From positions 62,001 to 126,000 of the forward strand of contig JAKLZA010000278.1 of assembly GCA_030704615.1 (NCBI GenBank): DNA of 64,000 bases, given 5' to 3'. The notes below the pieces were generated by a model. The model saw nothing but the letters and a program-made list of their open reading frames with translations. It made no database searches and was not told where the DNA came from. A program made the translations under genes and the position numbers. Source of the DNA: Takakia lepidozioides. Its lineage: Eukaryota > Plantae > Bryophyta. Shown piece by piece: positions 49,686 through 63,080 of the stretch. The number at the start of each line of letters is the position of its first letter. Position 1 is the first letter of the stretch.

Positions 49686-52539
49686 CCCTAAACCTAGAAA
49701 GCCCTGCCGTCGCCGCCTGCGACCCCAGCGTCGCAAACTGCGACGCGTTTTCTTGGATTTATAAGGCCGGGGGTCGCAAACGGTGACGGCCAACCGTCGC
49801 CAACTGCGACCGGTTTTTTGAATGGATTTATGAGGCCGGCCGTCGCAAACTGTGACATGTTTTTTTGTTTTGTAAGAATAGGGCAGCCGGGCAGTTTGTG
49901 ACGCCCGAATTCCCTAGAGACGTAAGGGGCCTTTTGCCCTTCATGCCACCATGTGACGGCCGGGCGTCGCAAGAAAGGGCTGCAATGAAAGAGAAGGTAA
50001 AAATGGTTTTTTTTTTCCGGAGTGTGACGACCAGCCGTCTCCAGAAAGGGCTGCCTTCTGCTCTTCGCTGGGGGTGACGCGTGGGCGTCGCACGGAAGGG
50101 CTGCCATTTTCCCTTCATCACTCTGTGCGACGGCCAGGCGTCGCCGCCTGGCCCCAGCGCCACGTTTCACTCCCGCGGGGTTGGCGTCGCACGCTCGGCG
50201 CCGCGCGGAGCGTGGGGGCGCGGCTAGCGTCGGAAAACACCCCCCCCCCCCCCCCCCCCATTTGCTGTAGTGAGGGTTAAACCCGGGGGGGGGGTTACAG
50301 GGGAATGGCGGACTCTTGGAAGCGGCGGACTGGTGTCGCAGAATGACGACGCGCCGGGGGCGACGATGCCGATGGGATGAGAGCGGGGGTGGGGAAGGAT
50401 TGACCGAGCCCAGCCGGCTGCCTTTCGATGGCTGCCGGAGGCGGAGAACGGCAGTACGGGTGTCAGGGGTGGACCGACCTGACGCGCTCGCATTAAGTTC
50501 TTATATTATTCCTATTATCTTCTAATTTTTGTTATGCTGATACATGATAAATTGATATTATAACAAATATCTGATTTCAGGTGGCTGTGATGAATGCGGA
50601 TGGACAAATAGCATTTGACGAAGTTTAATATCGTTTGGTCACGATGATGTTGATGCCATAAGCTCATTTGTAAAGCTCACTTTACTATCATTAGTGATAA
50701 TGATTTTTAGTGAAAACTCTTGAGCTCACTCCCCACCATTTTGCTCCAGTATCATCAGATTTTTTTGTGGGGACATCTGAATTTCATTTCACTGCTACAT
50801 GTACATATGTAAGATTTTTGTAATGCATACAAACAATGAACTTTTGATGTATTTTTTAATTTGAAATTATTCTCATTTATATATTTGTTGTGTGGTGTTA
50901 GGCATGAATGGTAACATGACATACAAACGAGCTAAGAACATACATGTGGGTGACTTGATGTGGATCAACATGAATAAGATCAACAATACTATCGAGCAGT
51001 TTATTGTGACGGGTGAGATTACATCTTTTTTTAATTTATGCATATTAATAGTGACAAGCTTTAGTGCTATGTGGGTTGCTCATCACTCCACTGGCTGGGA
51101 GCTTGTTGACTATGATTCTACATAATTTGATACAAGTTTTCTAGTATATGGTCGATATTACAAATCTCATGCTTGAAAAGTTGTGAGGTGAATTGGCACT
51201 TAAATAAGTCGGTTCACTTGAAGTTTTCTTTTTTCTTTAACCATTGACATTAATAATCCAAAAATTGAGTTGTGGCAGATAGGACGGTGATTGTTAATGT
51301 TAGGTTGTACAACCCCTACACTCTAAGTGGAAATATTGTCGTAGATGATGTGGTGGGCATCAGTGCATAGCGATTGGTTCTCGATGATTTTATTTGACAC
51401 TATCACAATCACACATTGGCTTCCTACAACTTATCAGGTACATCCAAAACGTCACATGTTCAAGTTATTTATGTATTTAATATTCCAGCACTAGGATTTA
51501 ATATTATCATTAATATTGTGGCTTTGTTCACATAATATGACAGATGGTGCTAGCTCCGGTGCGGATGCTTTATTATTTCTTGGGCAAAAACACATATGCC
51601 AAGACTCTATCACTTTGTGTACTCGTATATGGGTGTACCTCAGTTTCTCATTCTACATGGCGGCAAATGTGCAACTATTGGTGGTATGGTTGCTACATTT
51701 ATGTTAGTCTCTCTTCCGATGCGATTGAACTCAAAATTTTCAGTGTAGAGTGATGACATAAGTTGGTCAATGGAGAAACAATTGGTTATGTGGTGGCACA
51801 GAAGATTGACAATGGTTGACATCCAGCACATATCTACATTTGGCTTTAAAATTAAACCTATTACTACCTGGATGACCTTATGCCCTTGATAACCAAGCCA
51901 TCTATTGGATGCTATGTAATAGTAAGGCTAATTCTACGATATCGTGAGTCATAAGACAACTATGTGTCATCTTGATGTTTTCATTGCACCAAGATAAGTG
52001 TAAACAGAAACATTATATTTAGTTAAAGTGAAAAATGGTTGAAAAGTGGACCTTATGCCCTTGATAACCAAGCCATCTATTAGATACTACCAGGGTAGCA
52101 TGTGCCGTTGGCCCAAGTGTCCAGGGTCATCTAAGTCCAAGTGCAATCCCCTATGTATCAAAGTGCGTTTCCTATGTCGAGGCCCAAATGCAACCTTTAG
52201 GTAGCCTTTGCCGTTGGCCCAAGTGTCCAATGTCATCTAAGTAAGTTTTTTTTCCACATACCCTACCCTTCTGGTTTGCACTACATTCCCTTACAATCAC
52301 GTTGAAAATTCCTGGCAACAACTAGTGTCCATAGTGCATCTTCACAATATCATGTTTCACCCATTTTCGACTGACAGCAGCTCCCACTAATCTTGATTTG
52401 ACCATTGGCAATCAATTGGTCACCGAGAGTCCTATCCCTCAAAAAATAATCAGCAAAGATGCTGTTTGAGTCAAACAGCAATTACTTGAAGGGAATACCA
52501 ACAAAAAGCATGGACACACTACTGCACCAAAAGATCAGG

Positions 52540-53230
52540 GTAAGTTACACTACTGGAGTGAGCCCCTCACAAAGGTAGTGCCCGTGTTCCCAAACTGGGC
52601 ACAAGGTCTATGGCCAAAGGCTACGGCAAGCGAAGTCTTATGAGCACATTGTCTCTCTCGCTCTCTCTCTTTTTCCTCTCTCTCCGAATCCGCTCAGCAT
52701 GTACCTTTTCTAATTTTTTCTGTTGATGGCGACAAAGGCCCTAATATTTGATAAGAAAGAAAGAAAGGGAGGGAGGGAGACAGAGAGACTGTGATCCTAA
52801 GACTTTTTTGCCGTAGCCTTCTAGGCATAGACTCCCCGCCCAGTTTGGGCGGAAATATAAGGACCAAGCGCTACTTTTATGAGGGACTCACTCCAGTAGT
52901 GTGATTAATCTTGGTATAAGCAATCTTCCCAGATATCCTCTAGAAAGCCCTTCACGCAAGCATCGATCTGCAGTGTGTGAGCAGCCCAATTGTTTGACCC
53001 CAACAGGGCCAGGCTTTAGACTCAGGAGAGAGAGAGAGAGAGGGAAAGACATTGTTTGCGGTAGCCTTGTGGCCATAGACCCCATGCCCAATTTGGGCAG
53101 AACAAGAGGCAAGGGGTACTACCTTTGTGAGAGGCACACTCCACTTACCTTGTACAAACAATTAGTTCGGGCTTTCCAGATTTCCTCTGTTGTGATTGCC
53201 AAGTAATTAGACCCAACAATGGGGGGCAGC
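52540..53230. repeat. Cluster of short LINE-tail (SINE-like) copies, including an inverted pair
   Basis: 52545-52650 is inverted relative to 52795-52900 and 53045-53150; 52925-52960 matches 38160-38200. Confidence 0.65.
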
Positions 53231-53381
53231 CTATTGACATGTAGCATCCACGAACACAATTGCGCAACAAGCTCCTAACCTAGGAGCTACTTATACCCGG
53301 AGAAGAAAATGCCACAGATGACAAAGGTTTGTGTTGAAATCCTCAAAAACACCAGAATTCCAAATTGACGCATGGACATAC

Positions 53382-53738
53382 CTGTAGGATAAATCAAGCA
53401 CAAGACCTCTGTACATATGCAGCTCATCCTCGCTATCACTCTCATCCGCCTCGTCAAACAGAAAATTGGCGGCAGGGGATGCTAAAGGTTCTGTTGTCCA
53501 GCCGTCGTTCAGATTTATGGATTGCTTCAAGTTAGAACTAGCCTCCTTCTTTTGCCTGATTTCCCAGAATTGGAAGAGCTTTTCATATTTGTATCTCAAT
53601 GTTCCATCGTATACAGGTACATCTGGTGTTTTCTCCGAGCCACTCCACCTATCTCTCTCCAGAGGAATAGATAACGGCACAGCCAACGTTAAGCTCTTGT
53701 GTGACGTTGCTATGCGCAAACAATGGTTGAGTCTTCAT
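53382..53738 (-). pseudogene. 5' exon fragment of a plant HNH endonuclease-family gene
   Basis: Acidic tract then YRGLVLDLSYR followed by a GT donor, matching my recollection of the plant HNH family motif RGLVLDxSYRP. No downstream exons found; frameshift in the 5' part. Confidence 0.55.
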
Positions 53739-54580
53739 GGCGATTATACCTCTTAAACCACTCTGGTTTGGTGCTGGACTTGGATCGAATTACTCATAAA
53801 TTCATACGAATTCCCTAGAGACGTACCCCAGTGTGGTAGCTCCATCGTCTCATTCTTGATTTGGTTCCGTGCTACGAGCCAAGAGCCAAACTTGGAAATC
53901 GACTCCTGGCAGCAGACACAATCCCAAAGGATCCCGGCAGCAGCAAGTTGAGGGATGCAAGATTCAAGACGAACTCTAAAGCAAGCGACTCAATGCGAGA
54001 TCAGATGCAGAAACAATAATCCGAGAAGCCAAACGATAGCATGAGGGCTCCAGCAACTCGGAACCGGAGGACTAGAAGCGAGCGAGAGCAGCGACACGGC
54101 TCCCACGGACAACTTTACAAGGTACTATAAATCCTCCCACCACCACCGTTCATTGCCGGTTATACCGGTCACCAGATGGCGTCGTCCGTCTTAACTAAAA
54201 CCGTTGCCTGTTTGAAGTTTGGGCAGCATATTCTGCCCGAGAGAGAATTTGAGGGATGCCCGAGACTGCAGGCATTGGCTGTTGTGATATTGGTGCTGCA
54301 ATGTCGCGTATCAGCTCGTGCCACGTGCCGGACATATCCATCTTTCGCAGTTTGATTTTTGGTGGGAGAGGGAGACAAGAGCGAAGAGTGCAGAGTGCAG
54401 ACAAGCTTGGCGTGCGTGCGGGGAAGCTTCGTTGCGGGAAGAGATCTGCAGAGCTTGTTTGATTGTTGCAAGGGGAGGTTTGGGGTCAAGACTGAAGATT
54501 TTTTGTATTGGGGAGCGTGTGCAGAGGCGGTTTGTCGATTGCTAGGAGCTTGAGGAACATTCAATCCCATTGCAGTAGGA

Positions 54581-57500
54581 ATGGCTGTCGCTGCGTCTAC
54601 AGTGTCTGCCAGTCAATGTGTTCGTCGGACTACCCTGGCATTGGATCTTCCGCTTGCTCGGGTTGCGACTCGGCCTTCGCTCGTCCCGGCAAGGTCTCTC
54701 AGGTGCCTCTATTTTTTTAATATCTGTCAGCATTCGCGTCCCTACTTGTGTAACTGGTTTCTAACGTGGTGCTGTTATGAAGGTGCTATGATGTGATCAA
54801 GAAAACTGTGAGGCTTTGGTAGGAGACTATTACGAGGACATGAACATCCCGAATCAGAGAAGGTTCTATCGGCAACAAGAATTAGATGCTCAAACAGTTG
54901 GTGTCATTGCCAAATCCAACTCGATTTTCTCGGGGAGAATGTATTAGGAAATGCTACCGTCATTGCCCGGGAATTCCAAGGCCTCACCTTATGGGATTCG
55001 AGAAAGCATTCCAATTTCTTAGCTAATTGGCCTTAAAAGTTGATGTGCATTTGAGAACTACATTCCATGAGGGCCATGCTGAATACTTTTGCGCTATCCT
55101 CGAGGGGACACTGCCAAGTTCTGCAGAAACCTGAGACCACTGTGGAAGACGTCCAAGCTCGTTGGATTGGCCTTCCATTACTTCTTCTATAACAACTGCA
55201 GCAGCAATTTGCAACCGTTGAGCCCCTTTTGTGGTGTACAGAGTCTGGACTTCCTGAGCTATCAGTTGATTTGGAACACTAGTGTTGGAGGCCCATGTTC
55301 ATTATGCACTGTAGGATTGGAGAGGGAATTTTCTTTGTGACAGGATCTCATTAGTTGACAGGTAGATGAAAATCCTTGGGCATCAATCTGACTTCATTGC
55401 CCTACCTTTTCTAGGCGATTTTAAGGAGCTCACACCTGCAGTGGAAGTGGAGTCTTAGCTATGGAACTTTTGTGGACATGATCAACAATGTTCTGACAAA
55501 GATCTGTGTGCCTGTGAAGGAGATTGTCAGGCATTCACCTGAGACAAAATCAGAGGTATGGAGGAGCGAGGTCTGCACTCTCAGAATCTCCCACAATAGG
55601 TGGCAGTGCACGAGCAGAGGTGCAGTATGTTGATGGGGAAGCAGCGAAAAAACTTGTAACAGAGGAAGGCTTCTCAATCATAGATATCCGGGATACATCA
55701 CAGTACAATCGGTCACACATTCCTTCTAGTGCTCACATCCCTCTCTTCATCGACAACACAGACAATGACATTGGTGGGGTTGGTTTCTTTCTCACAACAC
55801 TGTTGTGGGTTGAATTTATGGAGCAAAGCAGTTACAGGATTGTGGTAGAGGTGTGATATGATAGTGATATTGGTGGATGTGTCACATTATATCCTTTTGA
55901 AGTTTCACATGTAAGGTAATGAAGGCGATAAAGCGTTGTCATGATCCACCGAATACTCAGCATGCATCGTGTCTAGATCTGTTCTTGTTCTACACATTGG
56001 GTTTTCCTCAACTGGAGCAATTGTTTGGGCTTCCACATGGCCTGGTGAAGAGTCTGAGAGGTGATGATCTGCCAATGCAGGAACTGTCATCAACAGGCAG
56101 TTACACTTTGGCTTTGCGGGGTTATTCTATGGGGTGGCCTTCACAAAACCCAATCCCGATTTCATTGCTACTGTGGAGAAGCAGTTCCCAAAGGACAGCA
56201 ATCTACTGCTTGTGTGCCAGGAGGGCCTAAGGTAGGCTCAGATTTCTTTCTCTCTCAGTCTGTCGGAGGTGTTGTTACTCTAGCCTAGCCTGCCCCTCTT
56301 TCTACTTGTTTCTCTCATCCTAGTAGCCTGGCAAACAGCATGTTATGAGTACATTCTCTCATCCTAATCTACTTTTTCTGTCCTATAGTTTGGGTGGTTG
56401 GTGATGTGTAAGACTATTTCATTGGTGCACCATACCTCTCTCTTAAGTCTAGCAGAGACTTAGCCAGTGTTTAACAACTGCCATCTGTGAGCATTACATA
56501 GTGCACCTTAGATTAGTTCTGCACAAGCTGTGTTGAATTACCTCTGGTAGTTAAGTGCCTCAATTCTGAGTCTAACTTCCTACTGCTGAAGGCAAGAGAG
56601 CAGGGGTACATATTGGTCAAAGGGGTGAGTGTTTAACAGCATGATTGGGATGGGCAGGTCAGGGACTGCAGCAGATAAGCTGGAGGAGTCCGGCTTCCAA
56701 AATGTGGCCTACCTGATGAATGGATTGCAGAAGGTTAAACCAGGTGGGTTGGTAGTTGCATTATCTCCGCAGTCCGGCCTTGTATTGTTCTTCTTGTCCC
56801 CGGGTGATTTGTCATTTTCTCGTATGTTCTCATGTAATACATATATTTCCATTAGTGAAATAGCAGGCCTCCATTTCCTGTGAATGGGAGAACCTGCTTT
56901 AATTGGTGAACTCCTTTGCTAAGGCAGGTGTGTGGCGAGGGGTGTAAGAACTGTTGATCGTGCTATGAAGGGCTACAGCTCTAATGGAACTCCTTGATTG
57001 ATGGTCTCCAGCTCACAGAGGCTGCCTCTTTGGGATGTTTGGCAGTATCAATCTGTAGCCTCGATTATGTTGGAAATTCAGCTACAGAAAGTAAGACTAC
57101 TATAGTGTCTAAACAGCAGAGCAGTTTTAAGGATGGTTTGAGGTCAAATCTCGGAAAGGTCACCACATTGCAAATGTATAAGCAGCTTTTAGAGATAAAG
57201 ACTCTTACACCTCATTGTTTGATGAGAACAGGAACTTTTGAAAAGGAGGGCCCAAAGGAGTTGGCGGATGCAGGCAAGGCAGGCCTGGTCACCATTCAGG
57301 GCCAATTTTTCTATTGTTCTGGGCACCATTCTTATTTGTGAGCGTCCCTTCCTGCCATTGCTGAACATCTGAGTCAGGTTGTTTTGCATGGACTTCTTGT
57401 GCCGGAATTTGAAGATATTGATATTGGTATGTTTCTATACGTTACATGTTATTGTTTATAATGGATGGGGTCTTTGATGGTTTGTGTGCTTTAAACTTGT

Positions 57501-57683
57501 GAGGTAGGAAATGAAGCCAGATATGTCATTGTGCTTGTGCCAAAGAGTTCATGAAGGACTGGCATCAGCAACCTACTAAAAAGTAAGTCGGTTTGTCGTG
57601 CTGATTGTATGTGTGCAGTGGCATTTCTCTTTTTGCAATTCTTTCCGGACCAAGCAGAGCAGCTTTTCTTCAGCAATAAATAA
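54581..57683 (+). CDS. STR11: Rhodanese-like domain protein 11, chloroplastic (STR11-like)
   Basis: Exons about 54581-54702, 55531-55773, 56081-56231, 56658-56743, 57232-57337, 57619-57683. Motifs IIDIRD...HIP, LLLVCQEGLRS, AGKAGLVTIQG, FLQFFPDQAE. One extra T at 57306-57310; exon 1/2 phase unresolved. Confidence 0.85.
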
Positions 57684-59351
57684 GGCTATGCACACCAGCG
57701 GGGATCTTGCTCTTATCCTAGCCTTCTATAAGGCTAATCACCACAGCTACCCATTTCTTGTCAAACACTGATCAATCAATCTTATCCTCAAGTGAGGCAA
57801 GTAATTGCCCTGCTATTCAGTGCCATGCAGGTCACCTCAGATGTGTGGAATATTTGTTCTTGATGGTTGTTACCTGTTCCCTGTCAACTCTTGCAGCTCT
57901 ACATTATTTCTTCCTCACCCCTACCTTTGTGATCTGTTCATATGGAGCAGCTTCCACCTATCTACGGTCACTGGCATGAGATTATGTTGCAGGATTTTGA
58001 AGTTCTCTTGTTCTGATCAGCAAAATTGTTTTGGGTAATGACTGGGCTGGACAGCTTACATGACGATTGAGTGAAAAGAAAGGCAAGCCCAGTCTTATGC
58101 AAAGTGTAGTTTCAGCAAGTCCCGTCACTTAATTGAAGGAAGTAGAAGTCCCAAGCATTTGAAATAACTTGTAACCAGTGATACCGAATGTGCATGATAG
58201 GTTTTTCATGATCAGCTGAAGGTGGTAGAGTTCAGTACTACTGACGGAAATGAGTAAATGAACACAGCTCGCAGAATGTTGTAGTCGTCGATGGCCTGTA
58301 TCCATGTGTGTTTGATGTCTTCACACTTCTTCTCTCTGGAATGTCATATCATCTCTAGGGTTGATAAAATTCAAGAGTTATTAAGGTTAAAAGCCGAAAT
58401 GCTTCATTGCAATTCCAGTGAAGGTTATCAACCTGGCAAATCTTGGTTTTGAGGAAGCTCAAAAAGCTCTCTCAGAACACTATCCATAAGGCACAGTCTA
58501 TTCCCTGGCAGGAAGGCCTGCTATTTGGCTTGAGGCCCCTGCAGAGGTGGCATATAATCTTATGAAGAGATCGTCATGAATGTGGGTGGGAAGAACTCCA
58601 CTTGTTGTTGGTCCGGTGTATAGCTCAGCAACACTCTGCTCCAACTCTAGACTTAAGATATCAGGGTGTGCCTTCCAATGTGTAGGGATGAAGTGCAGGT
58701 GTGCTGTGTGCTCCTAAACCTGTTGAGCTTAGGTGGTAGAATGAAGATGACAAAATGTCGAACTACTCTATTTTAGACATTCGAGACATTTGTTGTGAGA
58801 CTCCTATCAAGAGCTCAACTCCTCCCACTTATCTACGTTGTAGTCTGTCCAATAGTAACATATGGTGCCTGCACCGGTTGACCTCTGGCCTCTTGCATAA
58901 TGCTTTGCAAATGAGGTGATTCTGAGTCTTGATAGAACATGTCATTAAATGAAAAAGTTTTTCCATGTTTAATTCTAGTGCGTTTTTAAATGAGATACAA
59001 TAGTTCCTGAAGTGGTTGTACTCAAAGAACCATTTAGAATACACTTCCATTTTTGGGCCCTCCAAGGTACATTGTTTTTTGATTTGAAAGACAAGTCTAC
59101 AGGTAGAGTAGCTTCCAATCAAGTCACTTCTTAATGCTACAGGATGCTGAGTTGCAGTGGCTCAGGCAACATGGTGAAGTCAATATTGACTACCAACACT
59201 GGCAATGGGACCCCCTTGACCAGGACAATGGTCCCCATATTTTCTATTTGCTATTGCCAAATGAGGTGGGAGATACTGTCCTTCAACCCTCCTTCCTCTC
59301 AACTTAAGTCGGAATAGTGTTCTCAGTGATTTCTAGCCATGCACTTGTGCC

Positions 59352-62300
59352 TCATGGTCTATTTGTTCTCTTACGCTTCACCCCTACCCCTTTCACCTTG
59401 GTCTCCGTAGATTTTATCACCTCAAATAAGTGCAACAGCATATCCTTCATACTTGCCCTTCGGTTTTTTCTCAAAATTCCAAGCAACTTCAATGACATAG
59501 CGGCCACTAGGATTGTACTCCTCCACCTCTGAGAGTGCATCTGTTACAGTTTTGAGGACCTCAGGACCCAAATCTGTTTTCAGCTTCACAAACCTCTCAT
59601 CATCATAATTGAAACGGCGCTGCAGAACATCACCAAAGCAGTTTCGTTAAGATGCATTTACAGGCAGAAGAGTGGACATCAAACGTTAATGTTTAGGATT
59701 TAACAGCTTCACCCTAACATGAGCACAGTAAAAATGAAACCTGTTCTCGAAAAGAGAGTATCAAAGGGAACATACCTCAAATTTGCCATTCCCCACTTCT
59801 ACTGTTTTGTATGGTACAAAATCATGGTCCCTCAAGAGTGTATCCCACTCACTGGTGGCTAACTGCATACAATATTCCCAGCCATTTTTGTCGAACTTGT
59901 ACTTTTGCTGACAGGGAATCTGCCATGGCTGTGTGTTAAGGTCGCCTGCAAGTTTGATTGCTAACTTATTTGCACAGCCATATTTTTTCAAAATCTGCAG
60001 ACATGTGGGCATTTCACATGTGTAAGTTGCAACCCTATTCTGGATCTGCCATCCACCATAGACTGATCAACACAGGAACTAATAATGCAGCAGATGCCGA
60101 TTGGTTCCCCCATGCAGCAGTGCCAGGGGTAACAAAAGTGATTCTTGATGTGAAAACCAAATTTACATGGTTTAAGGGAGTGTTCACTCACAGTAACAGC
60201 CACCTTTCGGGCCTCTTCCAATTCATTGGTGATTTCCCGCTCCTTCGTTGTTAGAACGTTCACCAAGTCGTTTTGATCATCTACTACCTCCTCTTTGTGG
60301 ATTTGAGCTGCTCTTCAAGCTCCTGAATTTGTCTTTTGTGTTCTTCAATGTCTTTAACGGCTTCCCTGCCCTTCTCAATCTCCAACATCTCAGCAACCCG
60401 CTGACTCTCTAGCTCACGCGTTTGTTTGGCAGCCAGTTTCTTCCGTTGCCCTTGCATCTGCATCTCCAACTTCTTGCACTCTTCCTGCAGTTATTTGTCC
60501 GGAAAGAGTTCTAAATCAATGCTAGGATGTGAAGGCCGCTCATAGTCCCATTGGTGCAATCTAGTTGACCAAGTTTTACCTTGGAGGTTTGCAAGGCCCT
60601 ACATATGCAACCCTGTCTGGGTAGACCCTTTAATTCTTTGAACAAAGGTTGATATTTGGTGTGATCCACCAGGCTGTTTATTGGAAGCTGCCCCTGCATA
60701 CACCCATATGGAGAGGCTAGGAAAGGAAGTGAGACATGAGAGCATACCTCATGCTTCTTTATCAGCTGCTTTTGCTGCATTTGCTGCTGCTTATGTTTCT
60801 CTGCCTGTTGGGTCACCATCTCCAATTTTCCTTTGTGCCTACGACAATCGAGCAACCATATAATCCCTCTCATGGCTACAATCGAGCATCAGGAATGAGC
60901 AGGTGAAGAAAGATCGCAAAACATTTAACGGTTGCACGTTTTATGGTAAAATGACTGACCCCACCAAACACATTTTGCCACACAAATACGCAAGTTACCT
61001 CTTTTCTTTCTGTGGCATGGTGTATTCGCTCAGCCTCATTCTGTTGTTTCATCAGCTTCTCTGTCTCCTGTAGCTGTTCACACTGGAGTTCTAGATCCTT
61101 CATTTTTCCTTCCAAGGAGCGACGATGCTCCAGCATGGCATGGTTGTGGATCTCTGCAGCCCTCTGAGCTGATGCCTGTAACTCCATGCTCTGTGTAACC
61201 CCACACCATGCCATGTTTCAATAAAGTCATGCAGCCCTTGCAACAGTGAGTCCCATAGTTTCTATCTGGTAGAATTTGGTCTAAGCGAAGCCTGGTTCTG
61301 ACATGCATTTCTATGGAGACACTGCCAGGAAAGTAAAGTTTTTGACGGTGACCAAGCTGCTGGAGATCTGAGTCACACAAACACATGTACAATGAAAAAG
61401 GAAAAAATCCAAAGAGATCCACATTGCCACATACCGCCGACAGAACCCTCATTGCAGCTTACTTCTTTTCAAATCGTTTCCAAAGAGGTTCTCTCGAGGT
61501 CCACCAATTCAGAATTAAGTACCAGAGAACTTCCAAGGTGTTACCTGCCTCAATTGTGTTAAGCACCTTCCAAGTCAACACTTTGTACAAAAAGAGCTTA
61601 AGATCTGGCCAGCACACATTAAGAGCACTCAATTTCTTGTTTCCAATCTAGGCCAAAGGCAGCTGCCTCAAGGCTTAGCCAGAGATTGTATTTCCTCGGC
61701 CACTGCCACTAGAAGGGGTTTATGGTACGTGAACACTGTCTAAGAGAGTGGGATCCTGGTGGCTTAAGCCCACTGGCTGTGACAGGGAGTCAATTGAACT
61801 CTTGAGCTTCTGGTGATTGGAAATATCCAATATTGGGTGGCATGTCTGACTCACCTAGCTTGTGCTTTTGCTCCAGCGTGGCCTTCTCTCTCTCGTTCTG
61901 CTTCCAATCGCACATTTTCAACGTCTGTTACAATGTTTTGGAGCTCAACAAATTTTCTGTGAGAAGCCTGTATACGCTCCTCCCTCTTGTCCACCGCCTC
62001 CTTTAGATTCTGACATTGCTGCTGCAGCTTCCTCTCGTTTTCCCTGTTCATCATAGCTGCGCTCTTGAAGTCGCTTCTGCAAATAAGCTGATATCTCCTT
62101 GTCACCAAGCTCCACCAGGTCCTGATGAAAGTAACTTGGATTTAATATGCAATTCCAGTACGTCTTTCTGAATGCATTTCTAGACAGCCTGAGATCCTTT
62201 TGACTTCATGCACTATGGCGACTTCCGGAATGAGCATCCTTCATAGATCTTAAGACGAACCTGCTTTGTGACTTGCCACCCATAGAGATTTTTATCCGAT

Positions 62301-63080
62301 TTCTTGGTTGTCCCTCAACCAGTCCTTGCGACCATGATCAACCTCCATAAAACTTCTCTCAAAAGCTTCGGCATCCCAAGGCATCCTCATCACTCCCGAA
62401 TGTAATCAGCGCTTTGCCCATATGGCCATTGCGATCATAAAGTACGACCACAGCATGTGGTTTGTAGTCTGGAACAGCAAGTCATGAAGCCTTGAGCCAC
62501 GGATAGACTCAGACTTGAAGAGGAGCTGCCAGTGCCTAGGTAGCTACACAGTATTCTACATCACAAACTGGCGGCGAAAGTAACAAAATCGTTCATGTAA
62601 GTCAAGAGAGCCACTACCTTGGGATAGAAATTTTACCTTGAATTTCTCTCTTATCTCAGCATTTCCCGGACCTGTCCGGAACCCACTCTCTAGCCGTTCA
62701 CTGTTCTCGATATTCATTAGGATGCCCATCCACGGGTGCACCAGCAAATTCTCCTTCTCTATTCTTCGGGGCACCCTCTGCAAAAGTCGCACCTCCCGCT
62801 CTGCTTGGGGAACAGCCTGCTTGGCAAGGTCCTTCTCTAAGTACCTTTTCAAGGCGCGGTGATTTCCAGTAGCTTCCGGACCTCTCTTCCCCTTACTCAC
62901 ATCAGTCGCATGTGCGTGTATCTCTTTGTACCGATACTCCTGCTTCTTCTTACCAGGAGAGAATGGGCATCTGTAGGTACCATTGGTATTTACCACCCTT
63001 TTGTACCCTGCCCGGATATCCTTGAGGGCCTCCACCTCATATTGTTCAATCTCCTCATCAGAGCCCTCATCATCAGACAT
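59352..63080 (-). CDS. IDN2/FDM-like zf-XS, XS, coiled-coil, XH protein (RNA-directed DNA methylation family), with frameshifts
   Basis: YRCPFSPGKKKQEYRYKEIHAHA (zf-XS), VHPWMGIL and LYGW (XS), coiled-coil exons, EYNPSGRY...WNF...RRASMKD (XH). Apparent indels near 62315, 62380 and 59464-59469. Confidence 0.85.

Larger units (their letters stand above)
33258..50272. mobile_element. CACTA (En/Spm) transposon, decayed, left terminus not found
   Basis: Right end TTTGCTGTAGTG (rc CACTACAGCAAA) at 50261-50272; GCGAC/GTCGC motif clusters at 33258-33410, 43200-43430 and 49700-50235; TnpD and TnpA-like genes inside. Confidence 0.8.

Noticed and set aside
50300-52500. Gene or Helitron in the AT-rich tract with two short duplications (about 51873/52050 and 52095/52199)
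   Set aside because: No coherent ORF, exon chain or diagnostic terminus could be supported.
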